Shown: positions 1-12,908, counted from the stretch's first letter. The stretch: 64,000 nucleotides of DNA from the human T2T-CHM13v2.0 reference genome, Homo sapiens (GCF_009914755.1 NC_060925.1); one strand, 5' to 3'. Notes: generated by a model not told the origin, from the sequence alone. Numbers and translations are program-made.

Positions 1-174
1 ATTGTTTATTTCCTGTTGGTTTGGTTTAGTTTTTCACTGAAACAAGAGAAGTCTACCAAGTAAGATGAGGTAGATAGCCCTGTTGGCCACAGCTAAGGGT
101 AACCTGAGGGCTGGTGGAGAATCAATCGAACGCAGTCAGCAGCTGATTCTTGTTATTTATCTTTCTGTTATTTA

Positions 175-365
175 TTTAAGCTATGATTTATTGAGCACTT
201 AATGGGCATTACTTTATTTAATTCTCACAATTACACTGTGATGGGCGAACTGAAGCTCAGAGGATAAATACTTCTTTCAAGGTCACACATCTAGGGAGTT
301 AAAAAGTTTGGGATTTGAAGCCAGGTCTGCCTGCCTTTGAATTCAGTGCATCTAGCTACAAGTGC
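175..365 (-). mobile_element. MIR SINE fossil
   Basis: Reverse-complement MIR core: ttattgagcactt...ttaattctcacaa...gaactgaagctcagagga...caaggtcacac...gggatttgaagccaggtctg. Confidence 0.75.
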
Positions 366-599
366 AGCAAAGCAAATAGTATGCACATGACTAGGGTTAG
401 CTGGGGACAGGGCCACTGTGTAAACGGACATGTTAGCCTGGTAGATGTCACACTGGGGCAAAAGGTGGGAGGTGACTTCGCTGTGAGGTGAGTTCTCCAA
501 CAATCCTTCTGTTCAAGCATCTCAGACAGATTCCCAGCACCCCAAGCCCAAGGAGGTAGACTAGTCATTTACAGAACAGATTTTCAAAAATGTGTTTTT

Positions 600-1180
600 C
601 CTTAAAAACTCCTTTACTATAAAAGGTTAAATGAATTTACACCCAGGTTAAAAAAAATCTGAAGTTTTCTACTTACCTCTGCCTCTCCTCCCTGTCCTTC
701 TGGGCAATTAATGTTGTCAGTTTTAATGTATTCTTGTGGAGTTCTTGCCATGCATTCAGAATTGTAAGTAACTATTAGTTAAGGTCACCTTCAGGAGCAG
801 AAAAAACAAAAAGCAAAAGTAAGTATTTGCATATCCTTTTATGAATAACATAATTGTATCATACTATGTGCATTGGTCTACCATTTACTTTGTTCACTTA
901 GCAATACATCTTGAAGATCTTTCCATGATGGCACATGTAGCTTTACCTCATTTTAAGTTTTCCATGGTTGACCATTGGATGAATATACAATATTCGTAGT
1001 TGTAAATACATAGTTTACTTAATACTATATATTACTAAAGATGTGGATTATTTCCTCTTTTTTTGCTGTTATAAACAACGATGCAATGATCCGCAAGTGA
1101 TTTTTCTGCTCCTGAAAACATATTCAAACTGTTTGCATTTATAAATGCAACCTATCTCATTGATTGGTAGGTTGACCTCA
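600..1180 (-). mobile_element. Old L1 (L1ME-like) 3' fragment
   Basis: AT-rich, with L1M 3'-end motifs such as ttcacttagcaatacatcttgaagatctttccatg and ttttgctgttataaacaacgatgcaatga. Confidence 0.55.
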
Positions 1181-1199
1181 AGGATAAGATTGCAGATTT

Positions 1200-1458
1200 T
1201 AACTCAGCTTGGACCCTCCTCTGAGAAGCCATCCCTGATGGGTCCCATTTACTTGAGATCGTCACTTCTTCCTTGTATTCCCTTTGCACTCTGCACACAC
1301 TTTAATCACTGATCTTATCACTCTGAAGTGTCATTATTTATACACTTGTGTTTTTTTCTGCCAGATTGTGAATTCCATGAAAGCAGGGACTGTGCTTTCT
1401 GAGTCTCTAGCCAAGCACCTGCCACATGGTAAGATCAATAAATATTTGTTAAATTTAG
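1200..1458 (+). mobile_element. L2 3' end
   Basis: ccagattgtgaattccatgaaagcagggac...cctgccacatggtaagatcaataaatatttgttaaat is the L2 terminus. Confidence 0.7.
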
Positions 1459-1695
1459 CTGATTATATGTGCCTAACACTCCATTGGCCCCCTCACAAGT
1501 TTTAAAGGCATGGTTTCCCTCTCTCTGTCTCTCTCTTTCTCTCTCCTATACCAAGTCACACATATAATAAACATACAATGTGTATGCTCCCATAGAGAAA
1601 CTAAACTATCCTGTAAAATGCTTGAATTTACCAGTGATTAGAAAAGACATGAATGGAGTCTTTTTTTCTGTCTAAAGGAGTTGTTGTTTACTCTC

Positions 1696-2091
1696 TGTAT
1701 TAGTTTCCCAGGGCTGCTGTAACCAGGTACCACAAACTGGGTGGCTTAAACAACAGAAACTTATTGTTTCACAGTTCTGGAGCCTGGAAGTCTGAAATCA
1801 AACAGCAAGCTTGATTCCCTCTGATGGCTGTGAGGGAGGGATCTGTGAAGGATGCAGCCTCTCTTGGTGGCTTGTAGAGGGCCTTCTCCCTGTGTCTCTT
1901 TCCTCTCTTCCTGTCTGTCCACATTTCCTCTTCTTGTAAGGACACCAGCCATAGTAGATTAGGGTCCATCCTAATGACCTCATTTTAACTTGATTACCTT
2001 TGTAAAGATACTTTCTCTAATAACATTCTGAGGTACTGAGGAAATTCAACATAGGAATATTTTGAGGGGGTCACAATTCATCCCAAGAACA
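1696..2091 (-). mobile_element. MLT1B/C MaLR solo LTR
   Basis: TG...CA termini (tgtattagtttccc...caagaaca); gggtggcttaaacaacagaaa and taaggacaccagcc MLT1 motifs; 5-bp TSD ctctc/ctgtc. Confidence 0.85.
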
Positions 2092-2939
2092 CTGTCCTTC
2101 TGAAAATTGTTTTAAAATCACATCAAGGAACTGCCGATCAGCAGGAGTCTCCTGGGACTATAAAAATGAAAAAGAAATGTCTTTGGGTATGTGACTGACA
2201 GTTGGCCAAGGCGGGTGAAACATTTCCTTCCCAGTCAGAAGTTTGAGGGTCACCCTTGCCCCCATCCTGGGCCCAGCATCTGGAGCTCAAGTTCTCTCTG
2301 CCCTGGAAAGTAGAAGGTGCTCTACTCACTGCTAATTACACTGCCTGCCATTCCCTGAGGCCTTTAAAATATTTCTCTGATGATATGGAATCTGAGCTCC
2401 TGACTGATAAAAGCTTTGAGTTTCACAAGAGCTTGGTTCTCCAGGTACTTTTTCAGCACAGGCTAATATCTATGTGTCATCTATTCAGCCTCGTTTAGGA
2501 TGAAGCTCTATCAGGAGGCCTAACTTTGGGTGTAAGGGGGACTTCTGCCCTAGGAGTGGGCATGGGCCCCTCCTCGGAGGTCCTACACTCCGTGGGATTC
2601 TCTGATCCAGCTCCAATGCAGATGTAATTGTCTCTCTATTCAACTGTCTCTGCCACTGGCTTATCTCTGTCTTGCTCACTGTGTCCCCTTAACAGCTGAC
2701 ACTGGGACAGATGATCTTTCTGGACTAGTCAGCAAATCCCAACTGCTTATGCCAGAAACCTGCCTCCTGAGACACAGCATGGCTTTGGCAAACTGGGCCA
2801 ACTGGGGTGGGGGAGGGGAGCCCAGGGTATATAGAAAGGGAGTCGGGGGAAGGGCTGCATATGAGGGAGTGTGATTGGGAGTTTGAGGAGGAGAACCTGG
2901 TGGAAATGGACACAAAAGTCTTCCAGAAAGGGTCAGTGG

Positions 2940-3360
2940 ACTCATTCATTCATTCATTGATTCATTCAACAACTATTTTTCAAGCACATGCTATGTGGCA
3001 GACACTACACTTGGCACTAGGAATGATGTAGTGAATAAAATGAAATGCCTGCCTTCATGAGCTTACATTTTAGTATGGACAGGAACAAAAATCAAATAAA
3101 TTAATGTACAAATCCTATGTCTAGCACGACACTATAAGTGTTTTATGATGAAACCCGAAGCAGGGCAAGGGTGTGCTCTTTTAGATAAGTCTAAAGGGAA
3201 GGCTCAGAAGAAATATTTTAGCAAAGACCTAAATGAAGTGATGGGGAAGCCATGTGAATACCTGGGGAAGAGCACGCCAGCCCATGGGAAGAGAAGCACA
3301 AAGTCTCTGAGACAAGTATGGGCTGGCGTGTCAGAGCCACAGAAGGAATCCAGTGATGGG
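2940..3360 (-). mobile_element. L2 3' fragment
   Basis: (cattcatt)n tail followed by caagcacatgctatgtggcagacact...gagcttacattttagt. Confidence 0.7.
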
Positions 3361-3444
3361 GAGAAAAAGTCAGCAGCCCATGAGAGCAGCGCACAGAGCT
3401 AACTCTCCTAGGGTTCATTGTTTTTGTTTGTTTGTTTGTTTGTT

Positions 3445-4010
3445 TTGCTGAAATGTATTGAAATCTTACTATGTATCAGGTTTTAAGGACTTTAGATTTA
3501 TTAGCTCATTTATTTCTTCAAAAAACATTATGAGATAGGTATTATTATCATCCCTATTTTATTTTATTTTTTTAAATTAATTAATTTATTTTTTGAGACG
3601 GAATCTAGCTCTGTCGGCCAGGCTGGAGTGCAGTGGCATGATCTCAACTCACCCCAACTCCACCTCCCGGGTTCAAGCAATTCTCCTGCCTCAGCCTCCT
3701 GAGTAGCTGGGATTACAGGCGTGCATCATCACACCTGGCTAATTTTTTTTTTTTTTTGTATTTTTAGTACAGACAGGGTTTCACCATGTTGCCCAGGCTG
3801 ATCTCAAACTCCTGACCTTGTGATCTGCCCACCTCAGCCTCCTAAAGTGCTGGGATTACAGGCGTGAGCCACCACACCCAGCCTATCATCCCTACTTTAT
3901 AAATGAAGAAATTGAGGCACAGATCGATTACACAGCTTGCCCAAGCATACGGCTAATAAGCGATTGGGCCTAGATGCCCACTCCAGGCACCTCATAACCA
4001 CTACACTGTC
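3445..4010 (-). mobile_element. MIR interrupted by an Alu
   Basis: MIR core tattatcatccctattttat / aaatgaagaaattgaggcacag...cttgcccaag on either side of the Alu. Confidence 0.75.
3563..3883 (-). mobile_element. AluS, full length
   Basis: Dimeric Alu with poly-T tail; 17-bp TSD tatcatcccta(t/c)tttat at 3546-3562 and 3884-3900. Confidence 0.95.
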
Positions 4011-5619
4011 CTTCGATTTGAGCCTTAACCTTGTTAGAGCAGCTATCGCCCCATTGCCCCCTCATCTGTGCTTCCGGGAGGAGCTCTTTTTTCAAGGAGC
4101 AGCCAGTATTCATTCATTCACTCAACCAAGGTTTGTTAAGCTCCACTATGTGCACACAACGGTGCTGGGTCCATGGGAGAAAGAAGTGAGGAAGACAGAG
4201 GAGTAGTCAGGAAGACAAGTAAAGATCCACAGAGGAGGTAAACGCACGATGTTATGAGGACCGTATCCACGCTCGGGTAGGTCAGGAGTCACAGAAGCCT
4301 TTCTAGAGAAAGGTGATCTGCAGCCAGGTCATCCAATGCCCCGGGGGACAGGGCATGAATCAGCCCTTCTCCCACCTCCCCTCTCACTGGGAGAACCTTG
4401 TATGCGGCAAACCCCACAGCTGTCTATATGCCCCGCCAGTGCATACCACTTGCCAACGAATCCACTCTTCATTGTCCACAAATCACCAATCACTATTCTC
4501 CTTCCTAAAACATGCCTGCTTTCCTCCTATCCTCGCACCCATCCCTACCCACTGCTGGGATTGCAGGTGTTGGAGCAGCTAAGAAGTGGCTCCTCTCTCC
4601 AAAGAAGAGTGCTGGAGAGCTGCAGCAGCTTTGAGGGATGTGTGTCAGGCTTTACTCCCTGGCTGAGAGAGGAGTTTGGATGCAGTAGCAACCCCCCTGA
4701 AGTCCCAGCGTGAGTGCAGCTGTGGTAGAGTGATGAAGGGTTGCAGAAGGCCCTGCCTACTCATCAAACCAGTCCTAAAAGGGAGAAAAGCAGGCAGGAA
4801 GGAACCATGAGGCCTTGGAAGCACAAGAAAGGGAAAACCAACAGCTGGGCTCAGGAGAACCCCCGCAGCCTGGCCAGCCCTGAGGCCTTCTCTGCCAATA
4901 ATAAATCTAGGGGTGCCGCAGTCCACAAACTCTGGCCCTTACTTTCTTCCTCAGAGGGGAAAAGGAAAGGTGAGGAAGTGGGTAGCTCTTAGAAGACTGT
5001 TTTGGTTTCTAAGTAAAAAAGAGTTGTTTTTGATGTCTGCCCAGAGATAGAGCCAGGTCCCAGGGGGCTGGATTTTGTGGTTCCAGTAAAAGGAGCCATG
5101 TTGACATGGAATTCTTGGATTGGCCTCATTTCATTAAAAACAAGCAGCCAAACCAAATGGGAAATGGAATTCAGCAGAGAAGCATGTGCTGACTCCCCCT
5201 CACCATCCCATCCTGCCCCACAAATTTGCCTTTCAATGCCAATCAGCACATAACTTAGGTTTCCTAACCAATGTTCTAGCATCAGGGATTTTGCTGGCAG
5301 GTCCTTGAGCTCACAGGACGTGCAGTTTGCTCCCAATGGGCTGTTTCTTAGCAGGGTCAGCCTGTGCCCATGACCTTGTCACTTCTCAAACTTCCTGTCC
5401 TTTAGTAGGGGAAAAAAAGTACAAGGCAAAGAGATGATTGGAACCAGACCAGCTGTCCTAAGAAGGTGTCCCATAATTCGTAGATCTCTGTAGTTTTGGA
5501 CTTGTACTTCCTGCCTTCTCTGTCCTAGAGTGGGACCTTAGGTGATCACTTTTCATAGCCTGCTTCTATGGTTAAAAGTCAGGCCAGTTTCCTGTGCATC
5601 AATCATTGAAGATGGAAGA

Positions 5620-5830
5620 TGGATTTCCAACCAATCAGCTCTGTGAGTTTAGACAACTTGCTTAACCTCTCTGTGTCTTGATTCCCTTGGCTGTCAAATG
5701 GAGACAAAATGCCTCTATTAGGTTTCTAAAAGGATTAAATAAGAACATATATGTAAAATGGTGAAGACTTGCTGTCCATACACATAAGCATCCCATAAAT
5801 TGTAATGGTAATTATTGATTTATTATTAAT
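5620..5830 (+). mobile_element. MIR
   Basis: agctctgtgagtttagacaacttgcttaacctctctgtgtc...aaatggagacaaaatgcct...ggattaaataaga. Confidence 0.7.
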
Positions 5831-6071
5831 ATCATATTAGTCAACCAATGTATTAGCCAAGCTTCTTTTGATTATAAAGAGCTAAAATAAGAACTAAAAT
5901 CTAGCTCAAGAGAAAGGTGGTGATGGTAAAGGCAGGGAGGTAGATTATTGTAAGGGTACAAATTAACTCATAGGATAGGGGGCAGGAGATAAAGTTGAGT
6001 TTCAGGTGATTTGGAATCAGGAACTGAAAACCTGGCACTAAGACTCTTTATTCTCCATCCTAGAGTGTCTT

Positions 6072-6255
6072 CTAGACCAGCGCGGTCCAACAGAACCATC
6101 TGCAATGATGGAAGTATTCTATATCTGCACAGAGGATCTGAGTTAAAAATTTCTAATAATTTAAGTAAATTAATTTAAATGTAAACACATTAACTTAAAT
6201 CAATTAATTAAAATTGTTATTTAAATAAAATAGGTACATGAGGCTACTGTATTGT
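6072..6255. mobile_element. MER3 (hAT-Charlie MITE), internally deleted
   Basis: ctagaccagcgcggtccaacagaaccatctgcaatgatggaagtattctatatctgcac...ggctactgtattg. Confidence 0.7.
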
Positions 6256-7454
6256 CCATCCCAGTTCCAGACCTTTCTCCTCCCTCCTTCTCTGGCCCCA
6301 CCCCAGCTTCCTTTGCATCCTCATTGGCACGAAGCCTACCACAATTATGAGCTCTGCCTTTACTGCCTCACTTCTCAGCCCAGGGCCCACCATCAACTCC
6401 AGCGCCTCTTGTTTTGGGTTCTAAAACCTAGGATAGTAATTTGACTTCATTCATCTTTTCATGCCAGGCAGCAAATTAAAGGCCACTTTATGTAGGGAAC
6501 TCTTCAAGGTCAGGGCTTCGCTCCCAGACCATTGGGTCATGGAGTTTTGTCCTGTTTCTCCAAGGGCTGAGTGGGGATTTCCCCCAGGAGGGGCTGAGTG
6601 GGGCAGGCAGCTCTGGTGCACTGTACTTTTCATCTCAGGATGGCAGTCATCCAGTGGTTGGCATCGATGGCTTGCTGGTTCAGGAGCTGTACCGCTAAGG
6701 ATAGGGAGTGTGCCTATGCCTTTCCCGGCTTCTGCAGTGATTCAGGCCCTGTTTGTGACGAAAGCCCAAAGATCCTTTGTTAACTGGTGAACCTTGGAGG
6801 AAGCTGACTGAGCACGGACAGCAGGCTGCCCAGGGTGCTCCATGGAGCCACATCTGAGCCTGTGGGTGCTCCTGTGACAGCTCGATGATGACAAACCAAA
6901 GAAAACAGCAGGTTTGAAAAAAAAATGTTTTTGTTTTCCTCCAGACTCCTGGAGGCACCAAGATGACATAGCTTAATATTGGTGAGCCAGAACAATGGCA
7001 GACTTGGGGACCTCTGTGTCATTGTCAGCTATTGGCTTCACCCTGTTGATTGAGCTTGACAAGCCTTCTCGCTCAAGCAACTGACTAGTGCCGGCAAACA
7101 GCTGGTATGTCTAGTCTTTGTTTTTAGGCCTTTTAATTTGTCTGATTCTTTGAATAAATGGAATCAATGGGTTGTTTAACTTATTAATCAAGCATCAAAC
7201 ATTATTAAAGGGACAGCTACATGCCCCAAACTGTGCTTGGCTTTGTGGACAGATATAAAAATAGATCCTTATTGAAAACTGAGTGTAGTAATTCCCACCT
7301 CTCATGGTCGTCAGGAAGATGTGAAGACTGATCATAGAGCCAGAGAAGGAGGGAAGTGGGGTTTCTCATCCCTGCTCCCACTCCTGCCTGCTTTCCCACC
7401 CCGTATATACTCTTTGCACAGCAGCAGATTGATTGGTTGCATAAGTACTCCATA

Positions 7455-8020
7455 AGGTCACATTCCTGCTAAAAACCCTCTAATGACTCCCCACTGTACA
7501 TAGAATAAAATCCATTCAAGATGGATGCAAGACCCCAACCCACCTCCATGATCCCAATTCCTGTAATTCTTTCCCTTACTCACCCCACCATGGCTGCACT
7601 GGCCTCTGACCACTCCACTCCTTTGCACCAAGCTCAGGCTTACCCTGGGCCTTTGCACTGACAGGTCTCTCCTCTTGGAATATTCTTTTCCTAGATTTTT
7701 TACACGGTTGGCTTTTCTTGCTATTCGTTCACATCCTCAGAGAGTGCTTTCTTGATCATCCAGTTGAAAGTATCTTCCCTGCCACTTTCAATCATACTCA
7801 CCTTACTTTATTTTCATTGTGGAGCTTACTGTTCACTACCTGACATTCTCTGGGTGGTGGTGGTAGTTGTTTGCTTACTTTCCATATTCCCCAATTAGAA
7901 TAGCCTCTTCAAAAAAATCATCAAAGCAGGACTTCATCTTGTTTGCCTTATAGCTTTGCAACTCCTAGAGCTGCACAAAGCACAGATAGGTCCTCAGTTA
8001 TTGTTTCATGAATAAATGAT
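7455..8020 (+). mobile_element. L2a 3' region
   Basis: ctaaaaaccctctaatgactcccc...gggcctttgcact...ttgtttcatgaataaatga. Confidence 0.7.
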
Positions 8021-8334
8021 TGACTTAATGAGAAGACTGACTGATGGTTCAGAGCAGCGGTTTTGCAAAGATCTAGGGTTGTATATTGTGTTTAAATGTA
8101 TGGTCTAGATTTTTGTTTTTGAACAGAATAAAGGATTAGTCCTCTAATATTCCTGAGTGCAGGTTTGGACCTTTCTGGGCCTAAATTTCCTCTGCTATAA
8201 CATGGTGATTCCCCTATCACCAACTGAATGTGGCTACTCAGAAGTATGCCTGATTCACTTTTGAAAAATGCTTCGGAAAGACCAATTCTGTACTGAGTAC
8301 AAAGCCAGAGACGGCCTTAGACTCGTGCTCAAAT

Positions 8335-9390
8335 ATCCAGTTGCTTCCTGAACTTCAGCATTTGGATGCTTTGCAGGCTCCTCCTACGGAGTGTGTCTGA
8401 AACTCAGCTGCACATCTTCCCCACTCCACCCAGACCCATTCCTCCTCCTTCGTTTCCTGTTCCCATGAGTGGCACAGTCACCCTTCCAGGGTAATGGCCA
8501 GAAACATAGGCCTGATTCTCAATGCCCATTTCTCTCTCTAACTTCAGGCTGAATTGGTCGATTCCACCTCCTGTCATCTGAATCCATCCAATTCTGTCCT
8601 TTTGTCTCCATCCTCCTACTCTTACCATTGTCCAGGCCCCTTTTATTTCTTGCTTAGGTTACCTACACAGCTTCCTTACTAGTAACCTTGCCTGCATTCT
8701 TTCTAATTTCCAATCTATTCTCCATACTACAAATAACATTTAATTAAAAATTGAATCACAGCATCTTTTCTTCAGTGGTTCCCCAAGGCCCCTGAGTGAA
8801 AGTCAAAACTCCTCAACATGGTTTATGAGGCCTTAACATTGCTTACTTCATCCATCTCACTTCTTGCAACTTCCCTCTTCCACTTCGTCCTTATCTTCTT
8901 TAAAAAAAATTTTTTTAAGAGATGGGGTCTCACCCTGTTGCTTAGGCTGGAATGCAGTGGTGGAATCATAGCTCATTGCCGCCTTCAACATCTGGACTCA
9001 AAGGATCCTTCAGCCTTAGCCTGCTGAGTAACTGGGACTACAGGTGCACACAACCACACCTGGCTGATTTTCAAGTTTTTTTTTGTAGACAAGGGGTCTC
9101 AATATGTTGCCCATGCTGGTCTTGAACGCCTGGCCTCAAACAATCCTCCTTCCTTGTCATTTCAACGTGTTAGGATTACAGGCATGAGCCACCCCACCCG
9201 GCCCCATTCTCAATTTTTTTTCTTTCCTAAATACTATGTGTCTTTTTTATTGTCAGCACTGTTATTCATGCTGTTCTCTCTGTCCAGAACATTCTTGCCT
9301 GTCCCTTTGCCAGATGCCTAACAATTCCTTCATTCTTGCACAGGTGTCAGGATTTCAGTCCCCCGACTCTGACACAAGTTTCCCTTCTCA
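8335..9390 (+). mobile_element. L2 fragment interrupted by AluJ
   Basis: atatccagttgcttcctgaacttcagcatttggatg...caatctattctccatac...gtcaaaactcctcaacatgg; continues after the Alu. Confidence 0.65.
8910..9203 (-). mobile_element. AluJ
   Basis: Dimeric and diverged, with J-type atcatagctca and ctcaaacaatcctcct. Confidence 0.9.
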
Positions 9391-10517
9391 GCAAACCATA
9401 AATAATTGCTGAGACTAGTGGTACTACTACTGCTATTAATAAAATTAAGAGGGGTATTAGACATAAGATAGCCGCCTGGGGTTTAAGCAAAACAGAAGTG
9501 TGTTTCTTTCTCATAAAACAGACTGGAGGTTGGGGACTATTTGGGAGGTCATTTCTCCTTTTTTCTCCAGTTTCACCATCCTTTGGGAGTGGCCTTGCCA
9601 CTACGGTCCCAGATGGCTCACTATCACATCTAACATTCCAGCCATCCACCCCGTATGATGGAATAAACAGAAGTAAAGAGAGCAAGCCCTTTTTCCTTGC
9701 TCCTGGAGATAAAGCAATCTATGATTATAACAGAGAAGGGTAACAGGACAACTTGCCAATATTCATAGAGCACTGGCTAAGTGCCTTTTCTAATTCAACC
9801 CTCTCAATTACCCTATGGGGATAGACACTGTTATTATCCCCACTCCCTTTCAAGCAGATGATGTTTTATCAACAAGCCGACTTTGCAGATCTGAGAAATA
9901 ATATGAAGGGCTGGCCAGCCTGGGTAGACCATGTGATAGCAATTCTTTCTCAGAAAGTTTTCATGTGATGTGCACATGACTTTTATGTTTGTTAATAAAC
10001 ACAGCAAGAATTCCAGCACTCCGTGTTCTTTTATAGCTATTATTTCAAATTCGGTGCTATGATCATCTAAATTATATGTGCATGTAGTTAAAGAGCCAAA
10101 AAGTTCTACATACTTTGGTTCAAATGTCAGTGATTACTTCCCCGTTCCCCACAGCTTCCCCAAATCTCCGCAGCGCAGTTTCCCATGGTCCAGAGACAAC
10201 CACCTCCAATATTTTTGCTGATTCATTTTGTTATTCACCTCGTATCATGCTTATATTGCTACTTTGTGATTTCTCAGTTTAGGCATTATCTTTTGGCTTT
10301 GCACCATGAAAGATGAGGATTTAGCTCTGCCATCAGCGGCCTGCACCATGTGCAACATACAAATACGCTTTCCCCCTCTTCTATCTAATATAGATGTAAC
10401 TCGATTTCAGCCAGAGCAGTATTTTTATAGCTGGTCATCTAGTACGCTAGACTTGTTACTTTTCTCACACATTATTTTGCTTGTTTTCTTTGGAATTATT
10501 TTCTTATTTTTAAAGTT

Positions 10518-10783
10518 TGGCTCATGCCTCTAATCCCAGCACTTCGGTGGGGGGACTGCTTGAGTCCAGGAGTTCGAGACTAGCCTGGGCAGCATACGAC
10601 AACAACAAAAACTAACCAGACATGGTGGTGCGCACCTGTAGTCCTGGCTATTCAAGAAGTTGAGGTGGGAGGATACCTTGAGCCCAGGAATTCAAGGCTG
10701 CGGTGGGCTGTGATCTTGCCACCACACTCCAGCCTGGGCAACAGAACAAGACCCTGTCTCAGAAAAATAAATAAATAAATAAA
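10518..10783 (+). mobile_element. AluJ with short 5' truncation and left-arm deletions
   Basis: tggctcatgcctctaatcccagcac...tgagcccaggaattcaaggctgc...gaccctgtctc followed by an (aaat)n tail. Confidence 0.9.
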
Positions 10784-12589
10784 GTTGCTTCATTTTCTGT
10801 GTACTTATCTCTAAGTAAGCCTCAAACCTGTCCACAGTGACAGAAATACTTTCCCAACATTTCCACATATATTTGGTATTCTATCAATTTCAACTTTTTG
10901 AGGCAATCTCTCTGGGGGCCTTCTAACTAGCTTGGGTCTAGACAGGTGGCCCCTATGCTGGGTGCTCGGCTGTCACCCCAGGATCTCTGCACCATTGTCT
11001 TGGGCCTTCCCTGGGCCTCTCTCCTAGGTTGGAGTGCCTTACTTCTGGGTCCCATGCTTTCTTCTTTCTTGGAATCTTTTCATTTTGGAGCGTAAGAAAG
11101 AGGACAAAGGAGGGTTTTGTTTGTTTTGAGCCCATGGCACATGTTTAACCTACGATCTTTAATAGGAATTCTTAGCCTTATGTCAGAGATGAAGCAATTG
11201 AAATTTAGGATTATTAAGCAGTTAGGAAGTTGTCGAGTTGGTCTAGTAAGATATGTCTTGGGTCAGAGCTTCCGTCACACTGTTTTCTTATCTATCTTCT
11301 CTGTTGAGCCATGAGCTCTCTTAAGGCAAGGACCAATCCTATCTGTTCCCTTTTGTATCTCTAGTAGCAGGCTGTCCTAGGCGCTCAACTAAGGTTTCTT
11401 GAGTGAATGTGTTGGGTCTGATTTTGGAGGACATTGTTTGTTCCATCCTAACGGAATAAAAATCCCAACATTTTGTTTTTAACCTGCCAAGCCCAAATTA
11501 TCTGTACCTGCTGTAATTATCTCCCACTGCCCCAGGCGCCCCCTCCCCCACAGTTTTGTGCTTGTTGTCATCTTAGAAGACAGATAGACATCTGCCTGCA
11601 CCTGAAATGGCTCAAAAAATTTCCTTGGGAAGGTCTCGCCTTCATTCTTAAACCACAACATACACTTCCAATGTTTATTTTTGTGAGACACACAATAGTA
11701 TAATCACAAAATATTTTTTCCCTAAAGAACAACTTACTCAAGTGAAGGCAATGCTATATTTATGACTTTTTTTTTCCTGTTTTTAGGATACCTCATGGAA
11801 ACTTGACAGAACAAAGGATTTATTTTTTATTAGGTTAAATCTGCTTCTTGGGTACTGTTTGCTTGCTGCCCATTAAGTCTGGACATCTCAATTTGAAAAA
11901 AAGGCACTTGGATTAATAAAAACAACCTGAAACAGATCCCTTTAGTGGGGTGACTCTGTATTATGTTAAAACGTAATGTGACAAACACGGCTGCAGCACC
12001 CTCCCAGAACCCAAACCTTCCAAGCTAAAAATAGCCCTTGGTCTTTCCCTGCAACTCAAAAACAGGAACAGCATAACTTGTTTGCCTCATTATGTGTTCT
12101 GCCCAGGGATCCAGCCCTCTCACATCCTGGCTCTTGCATACTTTCACAAATTCTAATCTGCCCATTACAAATCCAACAGGCCTCATGGTAGGAAGTGAAT
12201 TCTGCACAAACACAACTGCCCTAGGTCCTTAAACAATGCACTGTTCACCCAGGGGCTCACAGGAGGGAATAATAACTTTAACCACCACTTAGGGGAGGCA
12301 TCTCTTAATATTTGTCTGGTTCTATGGGCATGAAGATAGGCACGCTATGTGTTTTAACCTTTTCCATCCTTACCATCTATGAGGGTAAATCTTATTATTA
12401 TCCCTATTTTATAGATAAAGGAAATGAAGGCTCAGGAGATAAAAGAACTTGCCCACACTCACCCAAGACAGTGTAGGAGTGGTGGCCAAACCCAGCTGGC
12501 TTTCACATTAATGAGCATCACAGCAAACTACCTCACCATAATGCCATGGCCAAGTGAGTGGGACCTCCACTCAGAAGTGAAGGGAGATG

Positions 12590-12908
12590 GGCTGGGCATG
12601 GTGGCTCACACCTGTAATCCCAGCACTTTGGAAGGCAGAGGCGGGTGGACCACCTGAAGTCAGGAGTTTGAGATCAGCCTGGTCAACATGGCGAAACCCC
12701 ATCTCTACTAAAAATACAAAAGTTAGCCAGGCATGGTGGCACACGCCTGTTGTCTCAGCTACTCGAGAGGCTGAGGCAGAATTGCTTGAACCCGGGAGGC
12801 GGAGGTTCAAGCCTCTGCTATCAAGCCTGAGCCGAAATCCCACTATTGCACTCCAGCCTGGTGATGGAGCGACACTCCGTCTCAAAAAAAAAAAAAAAAA
12901 AAAAAAAA
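12590..12908 (+). mobile_element. AluS with a 20-nt replacement in the right arm
   Basis: Full dimer plus long poly-A; degenerate TSD agaagtgaagggagatg / aaaagtagaggaagatg. Confidence 0.95.

Noticed and set aside
5110-5640. Several CCAAT boxes suggesting a promoter
   Set aside because: No CpG island, GC boxes or downstream exon; the spacing is irregular.
6800-6825. REST/NRSE-like cacggacagc
   Set aside because: Only the right half-site matches; the left TTCAGCAC half is absent.
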